A stretch of DNA of 64,000 nt from Adineta vaga (lineage: Eukaryota; Animalia; Rotifera), in assembly GCA_021613535.1 (NCBI GenBank), contig CP075494.1, positions 4,340,001-4,404,000 on the forward strand, read 5' to 3'. The position numbers were made by a program, and so were the translations under genes. Within the stretch, counting starts at the first letter, position 1, and each line of letters opens with the position of its first letter. Under the pieces are notes generated by a model. The model made no database searches. It was given only the letters and a program-made list of their open reading frames with translations, and was not told where the DNA came from. Positions 63,672 to 64,000 of the stretch are shown here, piece after piece.

Positions 63672-64000
63672 ATGGATTTTTTTAGAAAACCACGTGAAAC
63701 ACTTATGCAAGGTATAGGAATTCTTGCAGCTACCTTGTCTTTAAGTGGTATGCGAGTATCCAATAATGAATTTAACGATCGATTTATTAAACAATACCGT
63801 TGCTCCCAACAATTCAAGGATGAAATGACTATTCGTCGATTTTATGTATATGAAACTCTTATTCGTCATAACTTTGTGGTTTTTCAAACCGATACAGGTC
63901 ATACCTTTAAGGTTCATTTGATTGCTGACGTTGATCCAGGACATCACACACCGGTTTTCGTAGAAATTGCACCGACTTATTGGAGACCAGATGGTAGATA
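63672..64000 (+). CDS. Permuted papain-like enzyme, paralog 2 (runs off the window end; absent from the ORF track)
   Basis: Translates to MDFFRKPRETLMQGIG...MTIRRFYVYETLIRHNFVVFQTDTGHTFKVHLIADVDPG..., nearly identical to the core of 59938-60462. Confidence 0.85.
   Translation, partial: MDFFRKPRETLMQGIGILAATLSLSGMRVSNNEFNDRFIKQYRCSQQFKDEMTIRRFYVYETLIRHNFVVFQTDTGHTFKVHLIADVDPGHHTPVFVEIAPTYWRPDGR

Overview
AT-rich eukaryotic genomic DNA with short (~50-60 bp) GT-AG introns. The gene content (ART-TPR, expanded orphan rhodopsin-type GPCRs, LDLa/EGF-GPCR, PAN-Kelch, NHL remnant, many non-metazoan-looking genes) suggests a bdelloid rotifer; this is inferred, not proven. About 25 genes or pseudogenes can be reconstructed by joining ORF-track fragments across introns: an ADP-ribosyltransferase-TPR gene and a neighbour sharing a receiver-like domain, a micro-exon mucin-stalk protein, a CYP3-clan P450, an Mps1/TTK-like kinase, five apparently intact small GPCRs plus one pseudogene, a G-domain-only divergent EF1-alpha, a secreted intradiol dioxygenase, an EF-hand multi-TM protein resembling PHTF/7TM ion channels, a membrane-tailed AlkB-like oxygenase, a nuclear-receptor pseudogene, a ~1710-aa LDLa/EGF GPCR, a duplicated Q/N-rich micro-gene flanking transposon remnants (MULE, pogo-like MITE, 94-bp palindrome), peroxisomal acyl-CoA oxidase, PAN-Kelch, a membrane-anchored PLA2-domain protein, two permuted papain-like paralogs and an SdiA-regulated-like propeller. 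The most striking item is a secreted, intronless BURP-domain protein (a plant copper-dependent peptide-cyclase family) with all four CH motifs intact. No rRNA, tRNA or CRISPR array was recognised. All family calls come from motif recognition by eye, with no database search.
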